64,000 bases of DNA from IMG/VR virus record IMGVR_UViG_3300025138_000015; one strand, written 5' to 3'. The notes beneath the pieces are model-generated. The model did no database searches. It was not told the origin of the DNA and was given only the letters and a program-made list of their open reading frames with translations. Shown one piece after another: positions 36,939 through 47,337 of the stretch. The number at the start of each line of letters is the position of its first letter. Positions within the stretch are counted from its first letter, which is position 1. The DNA is from a virus. The position numbers were made by a program, and so were the translations under genes.

Positions 36939-37703
36939 TTACTTGGAGTATTTCTTAATGAGGTCAAACAGTTTTGATGGTTCATACTTGTTTTTCTTCC
37001 TCACTATGGGTACATTGGTAGATACCGATGAACCTGTTGCATTTATAGGTGCGTCCTCTTCAAGTTTTGTGTATTTGAAATACTTCATAACTTGGTCTGC
37101 AATTTGATATGCACACATTTTATCGGAAGGATAATGAACTCCTGCATCAATTCTTCCTTGTGCAGATTTATCTGCATTTAAATGTAAATTTGTTTTGTGT
37201 TCTGGATAGATTGAACTGTAATAATGTGCAACTACCTTTGCCTGTAGGGCATGATTAGACGGATATGAAGGTGAATCAGTTGTATCAGTCTCCATGTAGT
37301 CATATTTGATGCCTAGTTTCTCTGCAACTTGTCTTGGTCTAGGTCTTTGAAACTCAATCTTATAGTGTCTACCAATATGTTTAGCTGCATCTATAATCTT
37401 TTCTATATCATCTAGTTCCCACGACAGGTCATTATTAGACATATACTCTTTCATATAATATGATGTATCATGGTCTGTATTGATGTATGCTTTCTTCTGT
37501 TCGTCTGATAAGTTCTGCATGTTTTTTACCATGCCTTCTATCTCTCTTTTTGTTTGTGTTGATGAGTTTGCAGGTGGTGGTGTGACATCAATGTCTTCCA
37601 TCCAACCATCTCTGAATAGTTTCTTTGCTTCTTTTGGTTTAAACTCTTTGGTTATTTTACCATATTGAAGATTGTCTATTTCTAATACTTCTTTAATATA
37701 CAT
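36939..37703 (-). CDS. PAP2-family phosphatase
   Basis: K...QRPRP, SYPSNHA, GRIDAGVHYPSD. Confidence 0.85.
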   Translation of the reverse strand: MYIKEVLEIDNLQYGKITKEFKPKEAKKLFRDGWMEDIDVTPPPANSSTQTKREIEGMVKNMQNLSDEQKKAYINTDHDTSYYMKEYMSNNDLSWELDDIEKIIDAAKHIGRHYKIEFQRPRPRQVAEKLGIKYDYMETDTTDSPSYPSNHALQAKVVAHYYSSIYPEHKTNLHLNADKSAQGRIDAGVHYPSDKMCAYQIADQVMKYFKYTKLEEDAPINATGSSVSTNVPIVRKKNKYEPSKLFDLIKKYSK

Positions 37704-38268
37704 CGTCTTGTGTCACCAATACTCTATGCTCATCGATATAACCAATATAACATGTTATACCAAATATGAGACTATGTTCTTGTAATATATGAACAGGTGT
37801 TTTTTCGGGATATACGATAAAATCTCCTTGTTCATCAAAATTCTGTTTGAGTTGTCTTTTTAGACCGTATGTTTCTCCTAAGTTCAGAGTTCCTACTTTA
37901 TGTGCCTCTGATAACATCTCTGCCTCTAAAACATTTTCATCTTTAAGATGTCTATAGAACTTTTCACATAGTTCTTCCATCTGTTCTGCATTTAGGTTTT
38001 GTTGTTCTTTTAGAAGTGCAAGTGCAATTGCGTAAGAGGCAAATGCAGTCTTACCGAATGGTACTTTTTGTATGATTCTTTTGATATTGAATACAAGTCT
38101 AGTCAACATATCCAATGCATCTTTTTCTGCGGCAGTGTTTAACCCTTTAGACTTGATACGATTACCATTCTTATCTATGAGTCCTAGTTTAAATGCGTCA
38201 AAGTCTTTCCACTTTGTCACAAGCATTTTTAGAACCTTGAATACTACTAGTGTGTTTATTATACCCAT
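37693..38268 (-). CDS. Conserved-type late hypothetical protein
   Basis: AFKLGLIDKNG, RLVFNIKR, YAIALALLKE; TATAAATA 5 nt before the ATG. Confidence 0.75.
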   Translation of the reverse strand: MGIINTLVVFKVLKMLVTKWKDFDAFKLGLIDKNGNRIKSKGLNTAAEKDALDMLTRLVFNIKRIIQKVPFGKTAFASYAIALALLKEQQNLNAEQMEELCEKFYRHLKDENVLEAEMLSEAHKVGTLNLGETYGLKRQLKQNFDEQGDFIVYPEKTPVHILQEHSLIFGITCYIGYIDEHRVLVTQDDVY

Positions 38269-38286
38269 ACTTCTATTTATATAATC

Positions 38287-38362
38287 TGGAGCTACTGGTC
38301 AGAATCGAACTGACTACCTGCTGATTACAAATCAGCTGCTCTACCGAATGAGCTACAGTAGC
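38287..38362 (-). tRNA. tRNA-Thr(UGU)
   Basis: Cloverleaf, TTTGTAA loop, GTTCGATTC, CCA. Confidence 0.93.
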
Positions 38363-38734
38363 TTATAATTCCCTTAATCTTTCTGCAAGTTCAAAATCAA
38401 TATTTATATCAGTATTCCAACTTTCATCGATATATCCTAGATACAATAACATTGTTTTGACACTTGGCCAATATGAGTCTTCTTTGATTTTAAACTTTAA
38501 CATTCTCATACATGCCTCAAAACCAAAGACATTGAATAGTGTTATAAGGTGGTTTAACATGAGTCTTTCTCTCATCTCACCATTTTCGTGATAACGATGT
38601 AATAATCGTTTTAGATATCTGAATCTTCGTAAGTCTTCTTCGAAGTCCTCAATGTCGGTGCATTGAGGGTCATCGTAGTTTTGCAGTGCGAATGCACTGA
38701 AGTTTTTTGCGGTTAGTTTGTCAAATAGACCCAT
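38363..38734 (-). CDS. Conserved-type T4-like hypothetical protein
   Basis: YDDPQC...F.EDL.RF.YLKRLL..Y...G...ERLMLNH...NVFG. Confidence 0.8.
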   Translation of the reverse strand: MGLFDKLTAKNFSAFALQNYDDPQCTDIEDFEEDLRRFRYLKRLLHRYHENGEMRERLMLNHLITLFNVFGFEACMRMLKFKIKEDSYWPSVKTMLLYLGYIDESWNTDINIDFELAERLREL

Positions 38735-38778
38735 AATATAATAAATTGTTGTTTACACTATTATATAGTGTAAGAGGA

Positions 38779-39249
38779 TTATACTTTTAAACCCTTTTTA
38801 GAAGCTGCTTGTTTCAGACCTTTAGACCATTTGAATTTCTTGCTTATTTTGTTTTTAGACTTTTTGAGAAACTTCATGGCCATTTGTTTTGCTTTATCTA
38901 ACATACCTTCTGATATAAGACCGTCTTCTAATGCTGAAGAAACTAACCAGGATATAAAGTCGTTATGGTTATCATATTCATCTGTAGAATCACCATTTTC
39001 TGAATAGGCCTCTCCGTGGAAATTTGTTATAACATCTCCTGCATCACCATGAACCATATAATAACCTATTTCTTGGCCTTGGTGATTTACATCAAAACCC
39101 CACTCTTCATTTTCTTCATCTTGGTGAAACATGTTTATATCAACCTTAATGCCCATTACAGTGGTTGAAGTTTTACCTTTGCCTTTGAATATAGACATAC
39201 CTATATTCTCGTAGAAAGTTCTGATGTCTTCGAGAAGTTGTCTTGTCAC
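38779..39249 (-). CDS. Hypothetical protein (possible head-internal)
   Basis: GTG start; LLE and ISE motifs; basic tail. Confidence 0.6.
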   Translation of the reverse strand: MTRQLLEDIRTFYENIGMSIFKGKGKTSTTVMGIKVDINMFHQDEENEEWGFDVNHQGQEIGYYMVHGDAGDVITNFHGEAYSENGDSTDEYDNHNDFISWLVSSALEDGLISEGMLDKAKQMAMKFLKKSKNKISKKFKWSKGLKQAASKKGLKV

Positions 39250-39250
39250 T

Positions 39251-39637
39251 TTAGATAGAACCGTATACCTTGTATGAACCGTTTTCTAACATTTCATACT
39301 TAACTTTAAGTGAAACAATCTTCTCTTCTTTTTCTATTTCGTCATATGGTGTATCTACTGATTTACCCATGATTTCACCATAACGAGAGAAGTTTAAATC
39401 AAATTCACCTGACTCAGAAAACTCCATATCTTCGTTTGAAACTGGATTCAAACCGATTTGTGAAAGTTTTGACTTCATCTGTTCAACGGCTGCCTGTGGA
39501 TTCATGTATTCTGACACTGCAACATGTCCTAAGACTGCGTTTACTCTCGCAACAACATCTGCATCGTCTAATTCATAAGGTGCTTGACCATTTTCAAGTC
39601 CTGAATCTTCGAATAAAAAGTTTTTAAATGTTTTCAT
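39251..39637 (-). CDS. Probable head-internal protein
   Basis: N-terminus MKTFKNFLFE resembles the T4 capsid-targeting sequence. Confidence 0.65.
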   Translation of the reverse strand: MKTFKNFLFEDSGLENGQAPYELDDADVVARVNAVLGHVAVSEYMNPQAAVEQMKSKLSQIGLNPVSNEDMEFSESGEFDLNFSRYGEIMGKSVDTPYDEIEKEEKIVSLKVKYEMLENGSYKVYGSI

Positions 39638-39645
39638 AATTTTCC

Positions 39646-39873
39646 CTATTGATTATCGTAATAGTTTTTATTTAACTCACCACGAATTATTGTTTCACCA
39701 ATTTTTCTACACTTAATGTAGACTCTTTCAGTATTACCACCAATTGATGTAAATGTTCTAATACCGTTTGCAATTGTACCATTCGAATCGGAGTATGTAT
39801 CTGCATCTGATTTAGTTGCAGTATTTTCATACTCCCATATGTTATTCGAACCTGCTACAGTGACATAAGCCAT
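39646..39873 (-). CDS. Small virion-type protein
   Basis: MAY..V.GS..IWEYENTAT; in the late block. Confidence 0.6.
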   Translation of the reverse strand: MAYVTVAGSNNIWEYENTATKSDADTYSDSNGTIANGIRTFTSIGGNTERVYIKCRKIGETIIRGELNKNYYDNQ

Positions 39874-39882
39874 TTAATTGAC

Positions 39883-40437
39883 TTACGCTACTACAGTAAT
39901 TGTACCAGCTGCTGTACCAATACCTGCTACTGAGGTAATTGTTGATACAGTTGAAGTACCTTTGTCTTTAATTGTTCCACCAGCAAGTGCAAGTGGGTTA
40001 GCACCAATTGAAAGTACATCGTTAGCATCAGTTGCGGCATTTGCAGCTGCAATTCCTAATGCGAATGTAAGTTCGTTAGTACCTGAACCTGATAAGTATG
40101 TTAATACATGATTTGCATTTACACTATTAACTACTGTAAGTGTAGGTGAACCAGTCACATCGACTGCTTCGTTGAATACTACTTTAAGCGATAGTGTTCC
40201 ACCTGCTGATTTATCAAATGCTGTAGTAATCCAATCAATATCAGTGATGTTTGCAGCTCCAAGTGCAGTTGTAAGTGCTGAACTTGACCATGCAACTAAT
40301 GTTTCAGTCAATGTTCTTGCTCCCACGATTTTCTTTAATTCCCAGCCATATGGTTTGGCTTGAGTGTTTGTTTTTTCAGCATCGGTTAACCAATTTGGTT
40401 TTGATTCGCTTCCGCTTGTATGTCCCCATAGTGCCAT
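39883..40437 (-). CDS. Probable virion structural protein, Ig-like beta-rich
   Basis: MALWG start; FNEAVDVTGSP.L, YLSGSGTNELTF. Confidence 0.7.
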   Translation of the reverse strand: MALWGHTSGSESKPNWLTDAEKTNTQAKPYGWELKKIVGARTLTETLVAWSSSALTTALGAANITDIDWITTAFDKSAGGTLSLKVVFNEAVDVTGSPTLTVVNSVNANHVLTYLSGSGTNELTFALGIAAANAATDANDVLSIGANPLALAGGTIKDKGTSTVSTITSVAGIGTAAGTITVVA

Positions 40438-40462
40438 GTTTTTCTCCAGTTTTTAAATTCTA

Positions 40463-41035
40463 TTATGATGCAACTTTTAATATAGCATCATATGTTTTTT
40501 TGAAAGATTTAGCATCTTTTGCTAATAATCTAATGTATTTATCCCTTATTGGTGCTTTAACCTTCATTAAAGTGTCATGAACTAACGCTGCATCTTTGCC
40601 TTTTACCTTAGTTTTCTTATTATCTTTAGTTTGGATTTCACCATCTCTCTTTGTATCAGTAAATTTCTTTAACTGAACGAAGATGTTATTGTCTGCCCAA
40701 GCAGCCGAACCACTGGACTTATCATTCCATGCATCGAGAGCCCTTTGCATGACTTCATCTTCTGAAGCTTCTGAGTATTTCCCACCTGCCATTTTAGATA
40801 TTTTATCTAACTTTGCTTCGAGGTCTTTCTCATTCTTTGCTTGTGCAACTGCACGAGCAATCTTCTTGTTTCCTGCATCAGACATCATTGAGAAATCTGA
40901 TTGTCTTTCCATAACTTTTCTAACTTCTGTAGCTTTCTCTTTGACATAACCAAGTTTTCTAATCTTCTCTTTGAAGACTTTGTATCTTGCATCTGTTGTT
41001 AGAACTGTTTCTATGTCTGCCTTAGTTGGTTTCAT
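40463..41035 (-). CDS. Hypothetical late protein
   Basis: Lys-rich 190-aa ORF. Confidence 0.65.
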   Translation of the reverse strand: MKPTKADIETVLTTDARYKVFKEKIRKLGYVKEKATEVRKVMERQSDFSMMSDAGNKKIARAVAQAKNEKDLEAKLDKISKMAGGKYSEASEDEVMQRALDAWNDKSSGSAAWADNNIFVQLKKFTDTKRDGEIQTKDNKKTKVKGKDAALVHDTLMKVKAPIRDKYIRLLAKDAKSFKKTYDAILKVAS

Positions 41036-41361
41036 TACTCTTCTAAGTCCACTTTACCATCCCATTTGCCTTGTTCAATTTCTCGTATCAAGTCATAACA
41101 TGTTCTTTCAACTTGTTGTAGGCCTTTAAATATATTAGATGGTCCGTCTGCACGATTGTTATATTGAAACTTCTCGTGGTCTTTGTTAATCTTCTCAATA
41201 GTCTTTAAAATCTTTTTATAACCATTGATTTCTAATTTTCTATCGAACTCAGAACCTTTCTTTTCTGCAGGACTTTTCCCATGAAAGTTTATTCTTTCAA
41301 TGATTTCTTCTTTGCCATCATTGTGTTCTTTAATTACTTGTACTAGACTTTTATATTCCAT
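41035..41361 (-). CDS. Hypothetical late protein
   Basis: Start moved to 41361 (MEYKSLVQVIKE). Confidence 0.6.
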   Translation of the reverse strand: MEYKSLVQVIKEHNDGKEEIIERINFHGKSPAEKKGSEFDRKLEINGYKKILKTIEKINKDHEKFQYNNRADGPSNIFKGLQQVERTCYDLIREIEQGKWDGKVDLEE

Positions 41362-41362
41362 G

Positions 41363-43438
41363 TTATTTCTCGTCAAAATGTGTAATTGTTGAAGGGTCAC
41401 CAAATGATGATTTACCTCTTGCAATTGCATCAAAGTCTCTGAGTTTCTTCTTAGTTCCACTCATAACGATTACTGTATCGTCTCTACCTTTGTCCATAGT
41501 AATCTTTAAACCCATCATTTTTGCAGACTGAACAAATTTTTGTTCTTCGGGTCTCTGCATCTTCTTAACTCTGTAAGTAATCATTTCTTCATTGATTGAT
41601 TCTTTAATACCAAGTTTCTTCATCTCAGCTTCGATTTCTTTATTGATTGCTTTTAGAGCATTCAATGAAGGATTTTTAACCTTTGACTTGTTTTGTGCTT
41701 TGTCGATTGCTTCCATCTCTTTTGCTTTCTTCAATAATAAGTTTGAGTATTTTAGGTACTTGCCTTCTTCGATAGAGGCATCTTGCCACATTTGTCTGTA
41801 AGAATCCATAACATTTTTGTATGCACCTTTACTTCTCTTTTCTTTTCTATCGATTGCTATTGCCGCCTGTTGTGCTACTGATACTGCTTCTTGTGTCATA
41901 ACTTTTGGTTTTAACATTTTCATAACTTCTTTGTGTTGTTTAGTCATGTCGTTTTTACCGGCATCGATTGCTAGTTCAAATTGACTTAATCCGTCATCGT
42001 TGATGTCTAGTTTGATTAACTGTTGTCCTTTAAAGTAGTCTAATGCTTTCTGAGCATCTCTTTTGTTTCTGAATTTGTATTCAACATATTCTACTTTTTC
42101 TGATATATTTTCTTCAGTCATACCCAGCAACTTAAATAAGTCTTTCTTAAATCCACCAGCCATTGGTTTTGGAGATGAGATTTGTGTATAATCATTCTTT
42201 GAGTCTGAGACATATGCATCATGTTTCTTCATGATTTTGTCTATGTCTTTTTTGAACTGTTTGTATAATCTTGTTGAGAGACCCATTTTTTCTTCTGTAA
42301 TCTCTTCTGATATGTTATCACCTTGTTTTAGAAGTTTTGCAGCTTTAATTCTGTCATGATAGAAGAACTCATGGTCTTTCTTAGTCTTGTCATCTCTTAC
42401 AGTGTAAGATTGTCTTGACATCTTAGTGACTTTACCCATGTACTTTGCACCATCTTTTTGGTAATAATCAATTTCTGTTCCAACTTTGATTGACTTAGGT
42501 GTCTCTGTTCCCATACCATGTTTTGCAAGTTTTCTATAGTTTTCTTGAATTGGTGAATTGAATGTTTCTTCTGCAAGTTTATCCCAACCACCACCGTGGT
42601 CTTCTGCAGTCTTTAGTTTACTTAATGCAACATATAAAGGTTGTAAGTCTACACCATTTTTATAGTCATCTGTTTTACTATATGTTGGGTCAATCATAAG
42701 ACCGACTTTGTATGCACTTGAACCTTCCATTGGTGTTGAGTAAACTGGTTTTTGTTTGATTTTGTTTTTCTTACAGTATGCATCAATCATATCTGTTGCT
42801 TTAATGAAGTCTTTCTTATTCTCTTCTGAAGTGATTCTGTCTCCTTTACCACCTCTGAATTGAATGTAGAAGTCTACACATCTAGGAAATTGTTGTGAAA
42901 GGTAAGGAGAGAATTTCTCAGAAACATCTTCTTTGATTTTACCCTTAACTATATCTTCTAAGTCACGAGATAACCAATCAAAAAAGTCGTCTGGGTCATC
43001 GGTTTTAACTTCACCGTTATCCATTGCCCACTGCATTAAGTCGTCTTCTGCTTTTCTGGCTGCTGGTGACATGAAAGATAGGTCTCCAGATTTGTATGCT
43101 TTTGTAAGTTCTCTTTTGTGTTTCTTGAAGATATCTTTCATCTTCATTCTCTCTATAATAGTTTCTTCGTTTGCATACTGTAATGCATTCTGAACTTCTT
43201 TTGATTTGAGAATCTTATCACCGTAGAACTTTTTGATTTCTTGTCTTGCTATAGTATCTGCACCAGACATGTCAAGTGCAACTTCTACTGCCTTTTTAAC
43301 TTTTGCATCTGATACTTTGTTTTTTCTGAAGTAATTTGCAACTTCTTGACCAGTAAGTTTCATCTTACCGTAAGGACCTAATGGATTTACTTTACCATCT
43401 TTGTCTAAAACTTTCTTTGCTTCATGAAATAGATTCAT
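41363..43438 (-). CDS. Large modular Lys/Glu-rich probable head-internal protein
   Basis: Start MNLFHE at 43438 with GGAG SD; repeated [ILV]-x-E linkers. Confidence 0.7.
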   Translation of the reverse strand: MNLFHEAKKVLDKDGKVNPLGPYGKMKLTGQEVANYFRKNKVSDAKVKKAVEVALDMSGADTIARQEIKKFYGDKILKSKEVQNALQYANEETIIERMKMKDIFKKHKRELTKAYKSGDLSFMSPAARKAEDDLMQWAMDNGEVKTDDPDDFFDWLSRDLEDIVKGKIKEDVSEKFSPYLSQQFPRCVDFYIQFRGGKGDRITSEENKKDFIKATDMIDAYCKKNKIKQKPVYSTPMEGSSAYKVGLMIDPTYSKTDDYKNGVDLQPLYVALSKLKTAEDHGGGWDKLAEETFNSPIQENYRKLAKHGMGTETPKSIKVGTEIDYYQKDGAKYMGKVTKMSRQSYTVRDDKTKKDHEFFYHDRIKAAKLLKQGDNISEEITEEKMGLSTRLYKQFKKDIDKIMKKHDAYVSDSKNDYTQISSPKPMAGGFKKDLFKLLGMTEENISEKVEYVEYKFRNKRDAQKALDYFKGQQLIKLDINDDGLSQFELAIDAGKNDMTKQHKEVMKMLKPKVMTQEAVSVAQQAAIAIDRKEKRSKGAYKNVMDSYRQMWQDASIEEGKYLKYSNLLLKKAKEMEAIDKAQNKSKVKNPSLNALKAINKEIEAEMKKLGIKESINEEMITYRVKKMQRPEEQKFVQSAKMMGLKITMDKGRDDTVIVMSGTKKKLRDFDAIARGKSSFGDPSTITHFDEK

Positions 43439-43439
43439 T

Positions 43440-44258
43440 CTACTCTCCAAATATTGCGTATGATAGTATATCGTCTTGCATGATGATTTCTGCCATTTCT
43501 TCTCTGAATGCAGTGTCACCATCAAATTTGAAGTTAGAGTGTTGTTTGTTTGTCATAACGATAGTTCCATCGTATGCCATTACTTCTAATTTTTGTAATT
43601 GTTTTATTACTACTTCACCTTGTTTTTTAGAATCTTTGAAACCTGCTTTGACTTCATCTTTGATGACTTTTTGTAGTTCCTTTACTATTTTATTGAGTTT
43701 AGGTGATTTATAAACAAATGCTTTTTCTTCACCATGTTTATTGGTAAGAGCATCTACTTGTTTGTAATAATCTCTTGATGATTCTGAAACTACTTCTTCT
43801 GATTGAAGTTTAGCAATTTGGTCTTTCATCTTTTTGAACTCAGAACTACCGTGTTTCACATCCATTAACTTATTATATAAGTCAATGATTTGTTCCTGCT
43901 TCTTAGGATTTAGTTTTTCAGTCGTTAGATTTTTTTTTTCGGCGTTATCACCGAGTTTAATAAATTTCTTTGACGGTTTTGCTTCGTCTATCTCGTTAGA
44001 GTTTTTTAAGTCTTTTAGGTTTCCACGATATTTAATCTTGCCTTCAACAGAGATTTCTTCGTTTTTACCTTTGTAGTTTTTGTCTACATAGTCAAAGAAT
44101 TTCTTTTTCTCTTCGTCTGATTTGAATTCAGCGGGTGAAGTCACACCAAATTTTTTAAGTGCTGACTTGAAAAAGTCTTGATATTCTTTAGAACCTTCTA
44201 AAACTGATTTAGATGCTTCTAATAGGTCACTTGATAACCCTAGTGTTGTAAATTTCAT
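43440..44258 (-). CDS. Probable head-internal protein
   Basis: YQDFFKSALKKFGV.SPAEF...KKKFFDYVD module; [ILV]xE linkers. Confidence 0.65.
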   Translation of the reverse strand: MKFTTLGLSSDLLEASKSVLEGSKEYQDFFKSALKKFGVTSPAEFKSDEEKKKFFDYVDKNYKGKNEEISVEGKIKYRGNLKDLKNSNEIDEAKPSKKFIKLGDNAEKKNLTTEKLNPKKQEQIIDLYNKLMDVKHGSSEFKKMKDQIAKLQSEEVVSESSRDYYKQVDALTNKHGEEKAFVYKSPKLNKIVKELQKVIKDEVKAGFKDSKKQGEVVIKQLQKLEVMAYDGTIVMTNKQHSNFKFDGDTAFREEMAEIIMQDDILSYAIFGE

Positions 44259-44830
44259 TGTTCTAATTCCCCTTTATCGAAATAATTGAATAATTTTTCT
44301 TTGCCTTCTTCATCCAGTCTAAGGGACTTAGATAAACGACCTAACATGTTCTTTTCAGTGAGTTTTGTTATTGTTCTTTCAACAGAAAGTTTCTCTTCTT
44401 TAACTTCTACTACTGTTTCTTCTGGTAGAGGTTTGACACCTGCATCTTTAAACATTTTCTGTAGTTTACTGTCTGTTGGTAATGTAATCTTCTTTTCTTT
44501 ACCTAATTGAACAACAAGACTTGTAAATCCTTTTGGATTTTGCTTCTGCATTTGTTGTACAACTTTAACACCAGTCATACTTAGCATCTTTGCAACACCA
44601 TATTGAGCGTCTTTATCACCTTTAAGATTGAATAACTTATCAATCATTGAACCAGAAGATGCTTCTAAAATAACTTCTTGTGTATCTTCTACAAAAAAGG
44701 TTGCAAGTTCCTCATCTATTTGGTCACTTAGAATATCATCCGCAGTTTTTGCCACACTGCCTTCTTTTAAGGCAACATGCATACGAACTTCTTCTAGTTT
44801 ATCTTTCCAGTTTTCTGACTTATAACTCAT
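44255..44830 (-). CDS. Late hypothetical protein
   Basis: TATAAATA 5 nt before the ATG. Confidence 0.7.
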   Translation of the reverse strand: MSYKSENWKDKLEEVRMHVALKEGSVAKTADDILSDQIDEELATFFVEDTQEVILEASSGSMIDKLFNLKGDKDAQYGVAKMLSMTGVKVVQQMQKQNPKGFTSLVVQLGKEKKITLPTDSKLQKMFKDAGVKPLPEETVVEVKEEKLSVERTITKLTEKNMLGRLSKSLRLDEEGKEKLFNYFDKGELEQ

Positions 44831-44862
44831 AGTATTATTTATAATATATTTTAGTTCGATGC

Positions 44863-45144
44863 CTACTCTTCTATGCGAATAACTAGGTTATCTCCCCCTT
44901 TGATTAATCTATGGTAACTATTCTTCATGATGTAATAATCCTTTCCGACTGTCAAATCTTCAGGTAAAGCATCATCTTTCTGTAGTTTCCACCCATTTCC
45001 ACTTAACACATGAACACTTCGATTTTGTTTATCTCTATGCCAAACAAGTTTATCACCTTCTACCGTATGTTCAAAAGTTCTAACTTTGAACATTTTCCCT
45101 GTTCCGTGTTGTTCTAAAATCTCTTCTTTATATGGTTTAGTCAT
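44863..45144 (-). CDS. Cupin-like hypothetical protein
   Basis: LVWHRD...W.LQ.D..LP...YHRLIKG. Confidence 0.7.
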   Translation of the reverse strand: MTKPYKEEILEQHGTGKMFKVRTFEHTVEGDKLVWHRDKQNRSVHVLSGNGWKLQKDDALPEDLTVGKDYYIMKNSYHRLIKGGDNLVIRIEE

Positions 45145-45394
45145 CTAATCCAGGATAAAAATTATTGTTCTTTTCTTTGTAACCATAAAAACTGCCTTCT
45201 TTTACAGGTGTGGGTATTAGTCCTTGTACCCAATTGTCTGCGACATCTTCTGCATATGATTCACTATGAGCATGAACTTCTCGTGTTTCCACAAATTTTT
45301 TATCTTCATAAAGGTCTACTTCAAATCCTTTTTCTTGTTTAAAGACTTCTGCATATCTATTTTCGTATGCATATGTATGATATAGTTTTGTCAT
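45137..45394 (-). CDS. Hypothetical protein
   Basis: HSESYAEDVADNWV.G motif. Confidence 0.65.
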   Translation of the reverse strand: MTKLYHTYAYENRYAEVFKQEKGFEVDLYEDKKFVETREVHAHSESYAEDVADNWVQGLIPTPVKEGSFYGYKEKNNNFYPGLDD

Positions 45395-45412
45395 GATACA
45401 GGTATATAGGTT

Positions 45413-45943
45413 TTACCAGAAAAAGTCTCCACCACCACTTAAACCTAGTTGTTTTGCGTAGTGTGGTAGTCTGCAAGCCCAATATCCTGCTGTTGTTTTG
45501 TCTGTTTTATTTTTGCAATCATGTCTTGCCGCAAATGAGTCAGCAGCTTTTTTGTTATTGATTTTGACTTTAAGACCTGTTGTATCACCCCATGTGATTT
45601 TCTTTATTTTGTCTCCGTCTTTTACATAGACATAATATTTTTTAGGACCACCAACTTTAGGTGAGTTGAGTTCTGGTTCTTTTTCATCTTCTTCAAACAT
45701 AGGGCAGTCTAAAGGCACTAATTCACCTTCATATACTTCAAATGACCCTACATCAGTTTCTAAGATGTTTTTATCAACTTCTGTTAGTGTATATTTGTTT
45801 TCTGATACTAATCTTCTTGCCTCGTTGATGCATTCGAAATACATCATAGAACCGAGTCTAAATGGATTGTCTAAAAGATTAGTTTTATTGGATTGCATTG
45901 CATCTAGGGTTTCCTCGATTGCAACCTCTTTCAATGTTTTCAT
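45413..45943 (-). CDS. Probable head-internal protein
   Basis: MKTLKEVAIEE; GGPKKYYVYV, SFAARH.C, AGYWAC. Confidence 0.7.
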   Translation of the reverse strand: MKTLKEVAIEETLDAMQSNKTNLLDNPFRLGSMMYFECINEARRLVSENKYTLTEVDKNILETDVGSFEVYEGELVPLDCPMFEEDEKEPELNSPKVGGPKKYYVYVKDGDKIKKITWGDTTGLKVKINNKKAADSFAARHDCKNKTDKTTAGYWACRLPHYAKQLGLSGGGDFFW

Positions 45944-45945
45944 AA

Positions 45946-47328
45946 TTATTTGTCTATTACTTCAAATTCTTCATTTGCAGGATAACCTTTTAATGGATTA
46001 CCAAACACATCTTTAAAGTTTTTCTTTGCTCTCACTTGTTGTTCGTGAAATGCTTTTTCGGTTTCTTTAATATATGCTTCTTCTGACTGACCTGGTGTGT
46101 CTGCTTGATATTTCTTTCTGATATCATCTGTTCCTAATTCACAAACACCATCATCAGATACATTACCTTTACCTGGCATCATTTCTTCACCAAACTTTAA
46201 GAATAGTTTACCTTTCTCTTGTGACTTATCAGTCACTTTATGACCAACCATTGAACCGATAGTGTTAATCATACCAAGGCCTTTCTCGGGATTTTTCTCA
46301 TACTCTTTTTCTAATCTTTCTCCAACTTTTTTAGTAATCAATTTAATGATATCTATAGCTGAAGTGACTAGTTTACCTTCATTGACTTCACTGATAGGTA
46401 CACAATTTGGTACTTGTTTACCATTTTTTGTTTTGAATCCTTTCTGAACATAACCATCCCAGCATGCTTCTTCTAGTTTCTCCTCATTCTTATTCTTATT
46501 TTTTCTATCATAGTCTTTAATCGACTTCTTTGCAGACTTCATCATTGCTTTTTGATGTGCCTTTTGTTGAGACTGATTTCTTTTTCTCATTACATCTGAA
46601 TGTCTTTCTTCTATAGATTCACCTCTAACTTTATCTGCAAGGTCTTTGTCTGCCTTACCCCATGTGCCAGAACCTTTAGTGATAAAAGAATTTACTCTTG
46701 CATGTCCCCATTGCTCAGGAGTTGTGCCAGGTCTATGACCAGTTCTCCATGCAGCGACACCTCTTTTGTATACTTGTTTGAGTATACCCATAGATATGCC
46801 TGTTTTGTCGGCTTTCTTTTTGAGTGACTTATCGGCAGCACCTTCTTCTTCTAATTCGACTTCTTCTCGTTGTGCTTCTCTCTGTTTTTGCATCAACTCG
46901 TTTTCTTTTTCTTTGTCGTCTTCTGCCTTTTGTTTGTCGTTTTCTTTTTCGTGTTTCTGTTTTAACTTTTCGACTTCTCTTTCGTGTTTGTCTTTTTGTC
47001 TATCTTGTTCGTCTGCTTGGTTTGCTTTCAGTCTTGCAGCGGCAACTGCATCTTCACCGAACATTTTTTTGAATTTCTTTGTGTGTTTTGAGGGTTTTGT
47101 TTTTGCTTGTGCATCACCTGGAGCAGGTTCATATGCACTAGAATCATCATCGTCTTTCTTTGCACCCTTTTCGAAGTGCCTTGCTCTATCTTGTTTAGTA
47201 GACTTTGCAAGTTTATCATCACCTTTCTTATCGAAGTATTTCTTAGGTTGAGTTCCGTCGCGAGTTTTCACATCTTTATCTTGTGCTACTTTCTTTGCCT
47301 CGGCGATATTTTGGTCTAATATATCCAT
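45946..47328 (-). CDS. Modular probable head-internal protein
   Basis: LKQVYKRGVAAW..GHRPG.TP.QW..ARVNSF and CWDGY...G.K...VPNCV modules separated by E-linkers. Confidence 0.72.
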   Translation of the reverse strand: MDILDQNIAEAKKVAQDKDVKTRDGTQPKKYFDKKGDDKLAKSTKQDRARHFEKGAKKDDDDSSAYEPAPGDAQAKTKPSKHTKKFKKMFGEDAVAAARLKANQADEQDRQKDKHEREVEKLKQKHEKENDKQKAEDDKEKENELMQKQREAQREEVELEEEGAADKSLKKKADKTGISMGILKQVYKRGVAAWRTGHRPGTTPEQWGHARVNSFITKGSGTWGKADKDLADKVRGESIEERHSDVMRKRNQSQQKAHQKAMMKSAKKSIKDYDRKNKNKNEEKLEEACWDGYVQKGFKTKNGKQVPNCVPISEVNEGKLVTSAIDIIKLITKKVGERLEKEYEKNPEKGLGMINTIGSMVGHKVTDKSQEKGKLFLKFGEEMMPGKGNVSDDGVCELGTDDIRKKYQADTPGQSEEAYIKETEKAFHEQQVRAKKNFKDVFGNPLKGYPANEEFEVIDK

Positions 47329-47337
47329 AATAACTAT

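Noticed and set aside
15395-47319. Many plus-strand ORFs in the track (for example 15395-15898, 46766-47251, 45666-46016)
   Set aside because: Antisense shadows of well-supported minus-strand genes; Ser/Phe/Leu-rich with no motifs or SD.
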